DNA from: Candidatus Marinacidobacterales bacterium
Lineage (GTDB): Bacteria; Acidobacteriota; Vicinamibacteria; Marinacidobacterales; DATDRI01
DNA: 64,000 nucleotides
Direction: 5' to 3'
NCBI GenBank assembly: GCA_965226495.1
Contig: OZ245365.1
Location: forward strand, 864,001 to 928,000
In this document: one piece after another, positions 27,483-36,099 of the stretch
Position numbering within the stretch: the first letter of the stretch is position 1
Layout: each line of letters starts with the position of its first letter
Translations under genes and position numbers: made by a program
The notes under the pieces: model-generated
What the model saw: the letters and a program-made list of their open reading frames with translations, nothing else
Database searches by the model: none
What the model was told of the DNA's origin: nothing

Positions 27483-28925
27483 ATGGCGGAATCGACGAGT
27501 ATTATCATCTTTGGAGCTTCCGGTGACTTGACGCGGCGCAAGCTCGTGCCGGCGCTCTACAACCAGTTTCGCAAGGGTCGTCTTCCGAAGAACCTCCGAA
27601 TCGTGGGTTTCGCGCGACGCGATTATAGTCATGAGAAGTTCAGGGAGCTCATGGAGGCGGCGATCAAGGAATTTACGCCCGATGGGTACGATGAATCCGC
27701 CTGGAACGAGTTCGCTCCGAGCCTTTTTTACGTGCGCGGCAACGTCAATGAGCCGCTGTCGGGATTGGACGAATTTCTTCGCGAGAGGGAGAGCCAACAC
27801 TGCAATCGACTCTACTATCTGTCGATCGCCCCGCAGTTCTACCAGCCACTGGTGGAGCAATTGGGCTCGTCGGGAATGGGCCGCGAAGAACAAGGATGGC
27901 GCCGCATCATCGTGGAGAAGCCCTTCGGCCACGACCTCGCTTCCGCCCAGTCACTCAACCGCGCCCTCCACGCGGTTTTCGAAGAACATCAAATTTTCCG
28001 TATCGACCACTATCTCGGTAAAGAGACTTCTCAGAACATTCTCTTCTTCCGTTTCGCGAACACGGTCTTCGAGCCGATCTGGAACCGCAACTACGTCGAT
28101 CATGTTCAGTTGACGGTCGCCGAGAGCGTGGATGTGGGGCACCGCGCGGCCTTCTACGATGCAACCGGGGTGGTTCGGGACATGTTTCAGAACCATCTAC
28201 TCCAGTTGCTGACGCTCGTCACGATGGAGCCGCCGGCGTCGTTCCGTGCCGATGAAGTGCGGAACGAGAAGGCCAAGGTTCTTTCGGCGATCCGTGCGAT
28301 TCCAGGCCCCGAAATCATCGAGGAAACGGTCCGCGGGCAGTATCGAGGCTACTGCGATGCCGAAGGAGCCGCGCCCGGCTCTCAAACCGAGACCTACGCG
28401 GCGATGAGACTCTTCATCGACAATTGGCGTTGGCAAGGTGTTCCGTTTTATCTACGTTCTGGCAAAGCGCTTACCACGAAGACCTCCGAGATCATCATCC
28501 AGTTCCGCCGCCCGCCGCATAACATGTTTTCCATGGAGCCTGGGTCGTCGATCCGTCCCAACTATCTGGCGCTCTTCATTCAACCGGACGAGGGCATGCA
28601 CCTTCGCTTCGAAGCCAAAGTGCCGGACACGGTCGCAGAGATGCGGGCCGTCGACATGGAGTTCCATTATGCCGATGACTTCGGTAAAGACTCCATCCCC
28701 GAAGCCTACGAACGTCTGTTGCTCGACGCGTTACAAGGCGACGCATCCTTGTTCACGAGGAGTGACGCCATCGAAATCTCTTGGAAGCTCATCGATCCCA
28801 TTCTTCAGGAATGGGTGGAGTCGGGAAAACCTCCCCTCTCCATCTACGAGCGCGGGAGTTGGGGCCCCACCGAGGCGGATGAGCTTCTCGACAGAGACGG
28901 CCGCTGCTGGTTGCGCGGCTGTTGA
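27483..28925 (+). CDS. zwf: Glucose-6-phosphate 1-dehydrogenase
   Basis: GASGDL, EKPFG, RIDHYLGKE, RDMFQNHL and NWRWQGVPFYLRSGK motifs. Confidence 0.97.
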   Translation: MAESTSIIIFGASGDLTRRKLVPALYNQFRKGRLPKNLRIVGFARRDYSHEKFRELMEAAIKEFTPDGYDESAWNEFAPSLFYVRGNVNEPLSGLDEFLRERESQHCNRLYYLSIAPQFYQPLVEQLGSSGMGREEQGWRRIIVEKPFGHDLASAQSLNRALHAVFEEHQIFRIDHYLGKETSQNILFFRFANTVFEPIWNRNYVDHVQLTVAESVDVGHRAAFYDATGVVRDMFQNHLLQLLTLVTMEPPASFRADEVRNEKAKVLSAIRAIPGPEIIEETVRGQYRGYCDAEGAAPGSQTETYAAMRLFIDNWRWQGVPFYLRSGKALTTKTSEIIIQFRRPPHNMFSMEPGSSIRPNYLALFIQPDEGMHLRFEAKVPDTVAEMRAVDMEFHYADDFGKDSIPEAYERLLLDALQGDASLFTRSDAIEISWKLIDPILQEWVESGKPPLSIYERGSWGPTEADELLDRDGRCWLRGC

Positions 28926-28957
28926 ACGGGGTTAGCAGGGCGTCTGGAGGGAAAAAG

Positions 28958-28988
28958 GGGAGCTCTGGCCCCTACCGAGGCGGATGAG
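28958..28988 (+). repeat. Partial copy of zwf 3' region (left arm plus 14-bp core)
   Basis: GGGAGCTCTGGCCCCTA-CCGAGGCGGATGAG resembles zwf 28854-28883 GGGAGTTGGGGCCCCA-CCGAGGCGGATGAG. Confidence 0.7.
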
Positions 28989-28997
28989 ACCACTCGG

Positions 28998-29225
28998 TCA
29001 TTGCCAATTTTTCTGCCGCGCCCAGTCGATGATGTAATCCGAAGCGACCTCGCCCTGTTCGTCCTGCCAGAAGTGGCTCGCCTCGAAAAGACCAAGTGGG
29101 ATTGCCATGAAGCACTAGTACGACCGGGCCCTTCCCTTCGTCGACGTAGTGCACTACCGCTCCACTGTCGGTCTCAAGAAGTGGTTCTCAAATGGAAACA
29201 GTTCTTTGTCTACCTCAAACTTCAT
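28998..29225 (-). pseudogene. Haloalkane dehalogenase-like alpha/beta hydrolase remnant
   Basis: [16 protein letters not shown], a frameshift, then [23 protein letters not shown] joined directly to C-terminal [12 protein letters not shown]...IIDW...stop. The catalytic core is missing. Confidence 0.75.
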
Positions 29226-29248
29226 TAGCCTTCCCGCCTTGCTCAAGT

Positions 29249-29794
29249 TCAGGTGGTGACGCGGAGTGGGGCCGGAGGCGCGACCTGGTCTATCCTGCCG
29301 GTTTCTACGTCGTAGACGAGGCCGGTGACGATGAGTGCGTCTGGTGTTCCAGGTGTGTGGCGGAGTCGCTCGAGATCGGCTTGCACCGTCCGGGCGGGGT
29401 CGGTGACCGCCATCGCCGCGACCTCGTCGTCACTCAGGCTGAGCCGTTTCGCCACCTGTTGCCGGAAGGGCGGCTTGGCGAGGCGCCCCATTCCGCAGTC
29501 GGTGTGGTGGATAACGACGAGCTGCAGCTGCCCGGCGCCAGGTCCCGGCAAGTTGGCGGCGAGAACGCTGAGGACAGCGAGGTCTCCCATCACGGCAGGG
29601 GTGATTCTGCCGCCAGCGTTGCGGATAACGACTGCGTCGCCGAGCCCGAGGCCCAAGACATGTGCAGGGTCGACGCGGGCGTCGAGGCAGGTCACGATAA
29701 TCGCCGACAGGCGGGGTCGAATGTTGAGCTCTCTACCCTCGAACTGCTCGGCAAAGCTCCGGTTGCGATCCAGTAGTGTTTCGAGGTCCGTCAT
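29249..29794 (-). CDS. Beta-class carbonic anhydrase
   Basis: Zn ligands CLDAR and HHTDCG; IRNAGG; GLVYDVETG. ATG at 29794. Confidence 0.88.
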   Translation of the reverse strand: MTDLETLLDRNRSFAEQFEGRELNIRPRLSAIIVTCLDARVDPAHVLGLGLGDAVVIRNAGGRITPAVMGDLAVLSVLAANLPGPGAGQLQLVVIHHTDCGMGRLAKPPFRQQVAKRLSLSDDEVAAMAVTDPARTVQADLERLRHTPGTPDALIVTGLVYDVETGRIDQVAPPAPLRVTT

Positions 29795-29873
29795 CTCTTT
29801 CCGTCCCTTTCTTGATGCGGTTGAACCGCACGCTAGCTTGATCGTTTGTAGGATGTCAACGGTCCGGGTCCAC

Positions 29874-29929
29874 CCGAGGCGGATGAGCTTCTCGCTAAAG
29901 TCGGCCGCTGCTGGTTGCGGGGATGTTGA
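29874..29929 (+). repeat. Diverged copy of the last 56 bp of zwf
   Basis: 50/56 identical to 28870-28925; encodes EADELLAKVGRCWLRGC* versus EADELLDRDGRCWLRGC*. Confidence 0.9.
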
Positions 29930-30009
29930 TCGAGAGTCGCGCCGGTTAGAGACTCCAGAAATCAGCAGGGCTAAGCCACCACAAAACGCCCAATCCAACA
30001 CCGCGTGCG

Positions 30010-31092
30010 TCAGACGGGGACGGGGCCGCTCTGGACCTTCACGACCTTCGCGACAAAGGGTGAGGTCATAGCGCGGAGGAGCGCGCTGTAGTTGAGCTGG
30101 AATGTGACCTCGGCGCCGACGGACAAGGGGGAGTGGCTGGAGTCCGCGACGAGGTGGTCGCTGCTGGCCCCGAGAATCTCGATTCCGGGAGGCGGGTGGA
30201 GGCCGCACGGATCGGTGTCCTGGCGTCCAACGGCGAGGATCGTCTGCGAGACGTTGCCCCGATCGGTGGCGGGCGGCTTCTCCCCAAAGGCGGTTTGTGC
30301 GATCTCGCCCCAGGGCTGTGATGGCTTGACCTTCGACTCGATCACTTCGGCGATGAGCTGGATGGCGTCGGTGTGCAGCCCGTCGATCGGTTGACGATGG
30401 AGGGTCTCCCGACCGAGCAATAGCGATTCACCTAAGCGGAGATTGTTGATCCGCCCGGTGTCCGCGCCGCTAAGTGCCCATTGAAGGTTGCCGGAGTTGC
30501 CCCCGGAGACGATGCCGAGCATTGGGCCGAACGTCGCGTCGATCGAATCGGCCAAGGCGGACAACTCCGCCATGTTCTTGGCGTCGGGTGACACTCCGCT
30601 CTGGCAGGCGAGGTTGGTGCCGATGCCTTTGAGCTCGATGTTCGGGAAGCGAAGCGTTTCGCGCACGGTTTTCTCGAGGTCGCCGGGCATGATGCCTTCG
30701 CGGAGGTCTCCAAGTTCGACCATGAGCACGATCCCGTGCGTCCGACTCGCAGCCTGCGCGGCCGACGAGAGCTTGCTGATGACATCGAGCTCGGTGTTGA
30801 AGCTCACGTCGGCGTGCGTTACCACCCGTTCCGCCTGACTGAGCATCGGCGAGCGGATGAGTGTCATCGCTGCCGGTACGCGCGAACGGCGCATCCCTTC
30901 GATGTTCTCGATGCGTGAGTCGCCGAGCGCACTCACGCCTGCCCGGAGCAACGTGCCGGCGATCTCGGGGGAGCCGAGGAACGCCTTCGTCACGCCCGTG
31001 ACGGAGATGCCACGATCGGCTAGCCGTTCGACCAGTGTTCGGGCGTTGTGGTGGATCTTGTCGAGGTCGATCTCTAATCGCGGCGCGGTCAC
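30010..31092 (-). CDS. Alanine/ornithine racemase family PLP enzyme
   Basis: PRLEIDL.KI..N, GVTK (PLP Lys), DSRIEN, MVELGDLREG, GTNLAC, SGGNS and GASSDH. GTG overlaps the upstream stop (GTGA). Confidence 0.88.
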   Translation of the reverse strand: MTAPRLEIDLDKIHHNARTLVERLADRGISVTGVTKAFLGSPEIAGTLLRAGVSALGDSRIENIEGMRRSRVPAAMTLIRSPMLSQAERVVTHADVSFNTELDVISKLSSAAQAASRTHGIVLMVELGDLREGIMPGDLEKTVRETLRFPNIELKGIGTNLACQSGVSPDAKNMAELSALADSIDATFGPMLGIVSGGNSGNLQWALSGADTGRINNLRLGESLLLGRETLHRQPIDGLHTDAIQLIAEVIESKVKPSQPWGEIAQTAFGEKPPATDRGNVSQTILAVGRQDTDPCGLHPPPGIEILGASSDHLVADSSHSPLSVGAEVTFQLNYSALLRAMTSPFVAKVVKVQSGPVPV

Positions 31093-32288
31093 CGTGCGCC
31101 GTCGGTCAGTTTCTCCTCGAGTTCCGGGAACGCCGCAAGGATCATCTCCACCAGACGTTCGGGTGAGCGGGTCAGCGCATCGGTGGCGGGGATGCCGAGT
31201 TCGCACTCATACAGCGTGATGGCCGCGTCGACCTCAGCCTCGGTCATGTTCTCGTGGTTGATTGTGAGGCCGATGACTTTCGTGTCGGAGAAGGTCTGGA
31301 TGAGGTTGATCTCGGTGGCCGGTGTCGGCATCGCCATCTGTTCGAAGTCGCAGCGATGGGTCCGTCCCGGTGCGTGCTGCAGCACGACGGCGTCGGGGCG
31401 GCTGCCTCGGAGGACCAAGGCAGAGGTCGAGTAGGCGGGGTGACTCAGTGCGCCCTGGCCTTCAATGATGATCACGTCGGGCTTCTCGCCTTCGAACGCT
31501 TCGATGATGGTGGCTTCCAACTCACCCGAGCAGAACTGCGACGGGACGGCATCGAGCGCAACGCCGTAGCGGGCTCCTTGGATCAGGCCGGTCTGGCCGG
31601 TCCCGACGAGAACCGCTTTCACTCCGCGATCGTTGAGGGCGCGGGTGAGGATGGTGGCGGTGGTGCGTTTGCCAATGGCGCAGTCGGTGCCGAGCACGGT
31701 GATTCGTGGGCATGTGACCTGGGTGATGCGATCGCTGAAGCTCCGTAGGTCCTTCTTGGCGCGGGGTCTTCGGACGTCGAGGATCTCTACGTTGCTCGCT
31801 GCGCTCGCCGCTACGAACTCGGGGTCGTCGTTCAAGAACTCATGGAGACCGTTCACGACGTTCATCCCGCGACGTAAGGCCTCGAGGACGAGGCCCCGCT
31901 CGGACTTCGACAACATGCCACTCGCCGGCGCCATCCCGAAGATGAAGTAATCGGGTACACCTCCAGCGTGCGCCAGTGCGTCGTCGAGGTCGCGGCAGAT
32001 GGGGATCGCGAGCGGCCCCTCGCCGAGCGACACCCCGGCATCGAGACCTGCCTTCTCGCTGTCGATGACCGAGAGGATCTTGTAGACCTCCGAGTGACGA
32101 ACGAGCCCGTTGGCGGTCTTGCCGTCGACGGCACCGAAGTTCGCTTCGCAATAGACGATGGCAGTTGCAACTGGTCGCCGTTTACGGCTGGATGGTAGTT
32201 GCGTGGATATCGTCGCCTCGTTTCCGGCGGTAAGGGTATGATCGGCAACGGGTGCGTTCACCGAAGGGGAGAATGGGGCTGTGGACAT
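31089..32288 (-). CDS. DUF1611 domain protein (DgcN-like, P-loop)
   Basis: GKTANGL, NGLHEFL, GTDCAIGKRTT, GTGQTG, IEGQGAL.HP and VLQHAP motifs. Confidence 0.88.
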   Translation of the reverse strand: MSTAPFSPSVNAPVADHTLTAGNEATISTQLPSSRKRRPVATAIVYCEANFGAVDGKTANGLVRHSEVYKILSVIDSEKAGLDAGVSLGEGPLAIPICRDLDDALAHAGGVPDYFIFGMAPASGMLSKSERGLVLEALRRGMNVVNGLHEFLNDDPEFVAASAASNVEILDVRRPRAKKDLRSFSDRITQVTCPRITVLGTDCAIGKRTTATILTRALNDRGVKAVLVGTGQTGLIQGARYGVALDAVPSQFCSGELEATIIEAFEGEKPDVIIIEGQGALSHPAYSTSALVLRGSRPDAVVLQHAPGRTHRCDFEQMAMPTPATEINLIQTFSDTKVIGLTINHENMTEAEVDAAITLYECELGIPATDALTRSPERLVEMILAAFPELEEKLTDGAR

Positions 32289-32400
32289 CGTCGCTCCTCG
32301 AGTTGAGCTCAGAGGAGGCGACCGGATCGTGCCGGCCGAAATTAGCCGGATGTCAAGGAGAGGTCCCCGCTAAGTTTAATTCGTGCTGCCTATGGTATCA
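32289..32400 (-). promoter_or_regulatory. Structured 5' leader (candidate riboswitch/attenuator) with extended -10
   Basis: On the minus strand: TG-A-TACCAT, stem AAAcTTAGCGGG/TCCgGCTAATTT, competing stem CCGGCT/GGCCGG, and CTCCTC pairing with the SD GAGGAG. Confidence 0.45.
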
Positions 32401-32529
32401 CACCCGCGATAGGCAAGTATCGGGGAAGCACTCATCAGCCGACAGCACCATTCCACTAATTCCCATTTAGTGAGAGAGTACCGCTCCCGAAGCGCCACAG
32501 GCGCCCGGAATCAAGAGGAGGTCACCCCG

Positions 32530-35007
32530 TTGAGTCTACAGAGACCCGCATTCCCGCGGCTCGCCGCGACCATCATGTTTTTGGCGACGTTCATACCGTT
32601 CGGCACGGTGGAGGCGCAGACCGAGCCCCCGATCGTCCAGCCGGGCGCTCCCGGAGAGCCTAGTCGGCAGATCTCCGCGGAGGAAGCCTCGGATCTCGCT
32701 GGTATCCTGTATACCGAAGCCGACGTGAAGTTTATGCAAGGAATGATCTCTCACCATGCCCAGGCGCTCGAAATGACCGAGCTCCTCGCGTCGCGGAGTG
32801 AGCGCGAGGTCATGCACACGCTTGCGAAACGCATGGAGCTCTCCCAAGAGGACGAGATCAAGATGATGCAGGAATGGCTCCGGTCACACGACCAGGAGGT
32901 CACTGCCGTGGAGGCTCATCACGCGCATGGCGCGGTCCTGATGCCGGGCATGCTGACCGCCGAGCAGATGGGCCGTCTTGAACAAGCGCGCGCGATCGAG
33001 TTCGACCAAGCTTTCCTCGAGCTCATGATCAAGCATCACCAAGGCGCCTTGATCATGGTCGAGAATCTCCTCGCCCAGCAGGGCGCGGCACAGGACTCGG
33101 CCATCTACGGGTTCACTTCCGACATCGTCGCCGATCAGAGCATGGAGATCGATCGTATGGGGGGCATGCTGGCGGAGCTCTCCTCCGATCCTCGGGTCCA
33201 TCTCAAAGCTGGCTTTCGGGATGCCGGTGAGGCTGCGTTGAATCTGGAGCTCGTCGCGACGCTTCCAAAGCCGGAGGGTTTCTTCGATCCCCACGCGCCG
33301 GCGGGTTTGCCCGTACCGCCCGAGCCAGGAGACGAGGAAAGTGAGGAGCCAGAGGGCGATGCTGACGGCGAGACAGAGGATGAGGGAGAGGAGGCTGAAG
33401 AATCTGCCCCGGAGACGGGAAGGCCTGGTCTTTTGAACTTCGCGAACTCGGATCTCGCATTCGCGGGAGACGTCGTGTTCGAGGGCAATTTCCACGGCTT
33501 CAATACGTACAACGTCGAGGATCCGATGGTGCCACGGCTTCTGGGTTCTGTGGTGTGCCCGGGTGGTCAAGGCGATGTGTCCATCATTGGCAACCTCTTA
33601 ATAATGTCGGTCGAGCAGACACGGGGCCGACTCGACTGCGGCCTTCAGGGTGTTGCGGAGCCAGTCAGCGGCGCACGGTTCCGTGGAATCCGGATCTTCG
33701 ATATCAGCGATGTGCGGATCCCGAAACAGGTGGCCGCGGTTCAAACGTGCCGAGGCTCACACACGCACACCGTAGTGACCGACGTCGATGACGAGGGCAA
33801 CGTCTATGTCTTTGGTTCCGGCACGGGCTCGGTGCGCTCTGGAGAAGAGCTCGCCGGGTGTTCGGACGCGGGTCCGGGCGCGGATGAGAACACGGCTCTA
33901 TTCAGCATCGACGTCATCCAAATCCCGTTGGCGAAACCGGAAGAAGCGCGCATTGTGAACCGGCCGCGCATCTTTGCGGATCCGAATTCTGGCGTGATCG
34001 CAGGCTTGTGGAAGGGAGGCGATCATGGTCCGGGCACACAGAAGACTTCCGAGACCAACCAGTGCCACGACATCACGGTGTTTCCCGAGATGGGCCTCGC
34101 AGCGGGGGCGTGCTCCGGCAACGGCATCCTCCTCGATATCTCCGATCCGGTGAATCCGGTCCGGCTCGATCAGGTAGTCGACCCGAGCTTTGCCTACTGG
34201 CACTCGGCGACGTTCAACAACGACGGTACCAAAGTGATATTCACCGACGAATGGGGCGGCGGCATGCGCCCTCGATGTCGAGCCTCCGATCCCAAGCAGT
34301 GGGGCGCCAATGCGATTTTTGACATCGTCGATCGCAAGTTGCAGTTCCGAAGCTACTTCAAGTTGCCGGCGCCGCAAACCGAGGAGGAGAACTGCGTGGC
34401 CCACAACGGGTCTCTCGTCCCTGTCCCGGGGCGCGACATCATGGTTCAGGCTTGGTATCAGGGCGGCGTCTCTGTATTCGATTTCACCGATTCCTCTAGA
34501 CCGGTCGAGATTGCGTTCTTCGACCGCGGCCCGATCGATGGGAGTAAGCTCGTCATGGGGGGCCATTGGTCGGCGTACTGGTACAAGGGATTCATCTACG
34601 GTACGGAGATAGCTCGGGGCCTCGACGTGCTGAAACTCGAGCCGAGTGAGTTCCTGTCGCAGAACGAGCTCGGTGCTGCGTCACTGATCACCCCGGAGGT
34701 CGTCAATGCGCAGCAGCAACGGCGGGTCGATTGGCCGGCGAAGCCCGTTGTAGCGAGGGCGTATCTGGACCAGCTGGGGCGGAGCCGGGCGCTTACCTCG
34801 GAGAGGGCCGAGGCTTTGACGGAAGCGCTCGACCGCGCCGAGCAAATCCTCGCCAGCGGTACTTCAGACAAAGGCCGAACTTCGGGGCAGCTCGACGCGT
34901 TCGCAACCGAGCTCGAGCGCGATAGCGCTGGGGCGGGCCGACGCGACCAGGCTCGACTCCGGTCACTCGCGGAGACCGTGAAAGGCGTTGCCGACAGCCT
35001 AAGGTGA
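32530..35007 (+). CDS. Exported DUF305 - LVIVD-repeat fusion protein
   Basis: Signal peptide; DUF305 motifs FMQGMISHHAQA and FLELMIKHHQGA; acidic linker; NSDLAF, CPGGQGDV, CRGSHTHT, CHDIT, WHSATF and CVAHNG. TTG start after GAGGAG. Confidence 0.85.
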   Translation: MSLQRPAFPRLAATIMFLATFIPFGTVEAQTEPPIVQPGAPGEPSRQISAEEASDLAGILYTEADVKFMQGMISHHAQALEMTELLASRSEREVMHTLAKRMELSQEDEIKMMQEWLRSHDQEVTAVEAHHAHGAVLMPGMLTAEQMGRLEQARAIEFDQAFLELMIKHHQGALIMVENLLAQQGAAQDSAIYGFTSDIVADQSMEIDRMGGMLAELSSDPRVHLKAGFRDAGEAALNLELVATLPKPEGFFDPHAPAGLPVPPEPGDEESEEPEGDADGETEDEGEEAEESAPETGRPGLLNFANSDLAFAGDVVFEGNFHGFNTYNVEDPMVPRLLGSVVCPGGQGDVSIIGNLLIMSVEQTRGRLDCGLQGVAEPVSGARFRGIRIFDISDVRIPKQVAAVQTCRGSHTHTVVTDVDDEGNVYVFGSGTGSVRSGEELAGCSDAGPGADENTALFSIDVIQIPLAKPEEARIVNRPRIFADPNSGVIAGLWKGGDHGPGTQKTSETNQCHDITVFPEMGLAAGACSGNGILLDISDPVNPVRLDQVVDPSFAYWHSATFNNDGTKVIFTDEWGGGMRPRCRASDPKQWGANAIFDIVDRKLQFRSYFKLPAPQTEEENCVAHNGSLVPVPGRDIMVQAWYQGGVSVFDFTDSSRPVEIAFFDRGPIDGSKLVMGGHWSAYWYKGFIYGTEIARGLDVLKLEPSEFLSQNELGAASLITPEVVNAQQQRRVDWPAKPVVARAYLDQLGRSRALTSERAEALTEALDRAEQILASGTSDKGRTSGQLDAFATELERDSAGAGRRDQARLRSLAETVKGVADSLR

Positions 35008-35072
35008 ACTCAGGGAGACGTCGGAAATACGCCGGCAACGTTTATCGAAGCTTTCGAATTATCGAATCCTCT

Positions 35073-35600
35073 TTATTTCCCCAGAAGCTCCTCGAGGGCA
35101 AGGCGCGTCTTGGGGTGAAGCTGCGCGTCGTCGAAGTAGCGGCCGACGACAGCGAGCGCTTCGTCGACGGTCGAAATATCGAGATGTCGAAGCAGATATC
35201 GTACGTCATCCAAGTCGTGGAACTCTTCGCCCAGCCGCATCGCTGCACATTTCATGGCGAGTAGGTAGTGCGGCTCTGCGACGTAGACGCGAAGGTGCGG
35301 GCGCTCGAGATAGGGAGCGAACTCTCCTCGAGGGCTGAGGAAACCCTTCACGGCATCGTTCAACCAGGTGCTCGAAACGTTTGCTTGGGCGGCGACGCGC
35401 CCTGCTGCTTCGCGGACCAGTTTGGCCGGTTTGAAGAATGCGTCGACATCGCGTGTCGCATCACGGGCATCCAGAACGAGGCACATGACCGCACCGCCGA
35501 CGACGTAGAGCTCGCCCAGGCTTTCTTCTTTCGCGAGTTCTGAATCGAGTAGATCGAACAACTGGATGATGTCCGATTTGGTGAGCCGCGATGTGGACAT
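35073..35600 (-). CDS. DUF6036-like nucleotidyltransferase (putative toxin)
   Basis: VVGGAVM...ATRDVD, WLNDAV, LLAMK and DLDD motifs. Confidence 0.8.
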   Translation of the reverse strand: MSTSRLTKSDIIQLFDLLDSELAKEESLGELYVVGGAVMCLVLDARDATRDVDAFFKPAKLVREAAGRVAAQANVSSTWLNDAVKGFLSPRGEFAPYLERPHLRVYVAEPHYLLAMKCAAMRLGEEFHDLDDVRYLLRHLDISTVDEALAVVGRYFDDAQLHPKTRLALEELLGK

Positions 35601-35604
35601 CCTG

Positions 35605-36093
35605 TTAGACGCGCTCGCCGATTCCCGAATCGACGAATATGTTTCGCTTTCTGAACGGCACCGGAGACGCCCTCAGCAAGTGTGGACGGAGGCTCGCGAG
35701 GGGCGCGGCAAAACGAGGCTCCGGCAGAGGCTCGACGCCGCCGACCCAGGCCGGCGGCGAGACTCCTTTTTGCTGCGATGCTTGCTCCACCATCGCAGCT
35801 ACGTAGTTCCGAAGGTAGGGCGATAGCGCTTCATCCGGAGCCTCGCCGACGGATTCTCGGAACTCCGAGCGCGTGAGACCGGCAAGAAGGTCGTTCAATT
35901 CGGCCAGGGCGAAACGCCGTTCGCCCTCATCCTGCAGCGCTCGGAGCAGCTCGGCGAATCGAACTTGGTTCTCCGGCAATGCGCGAGACAGGACATAAGC
36001 GGAGATGCTCTGTCCGGCGCGTCGTGCCAGGCGTTTGAGCGCAGCTTTCTCCTCGCGGGTTACCCGGATCTGCAGCTGCTCGGTCCTGTTCAT
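35605..36093 (-). CDS. Ribbon-helix-helix antitoxin-like protein
   Basis: QLQIRVTREEKAALKRLARRAGQSISAYV (RHH); C-terminal SPVPFRKRNIF; directly upstream of the NTase gene. Confidence 0.75.
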   Translation of the reverse strand: MNRTEQLQIRVTREEKAALKRLARRAGQSISAYVLSRALPENQVRFAELLRALQDEGERRFALAELNDLLAGLTRSEFRESVGEAPDEALSPYLRNYVAAMVEQASQQKGVSPPAWVGGVEPLPEPRFAAPLASLRPHLLRASPVPFRKRNIFVDSGIGERV

Positions 36094-36099
36094 CAACCT

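Noticed and set aside
29795-30208. Long N-terminal extension of carbonic anhydrase
   Set aside because: It overlaps the racemase 3' end and the zwf-tail copy; ATG 29794 has a purine-rich RBS.
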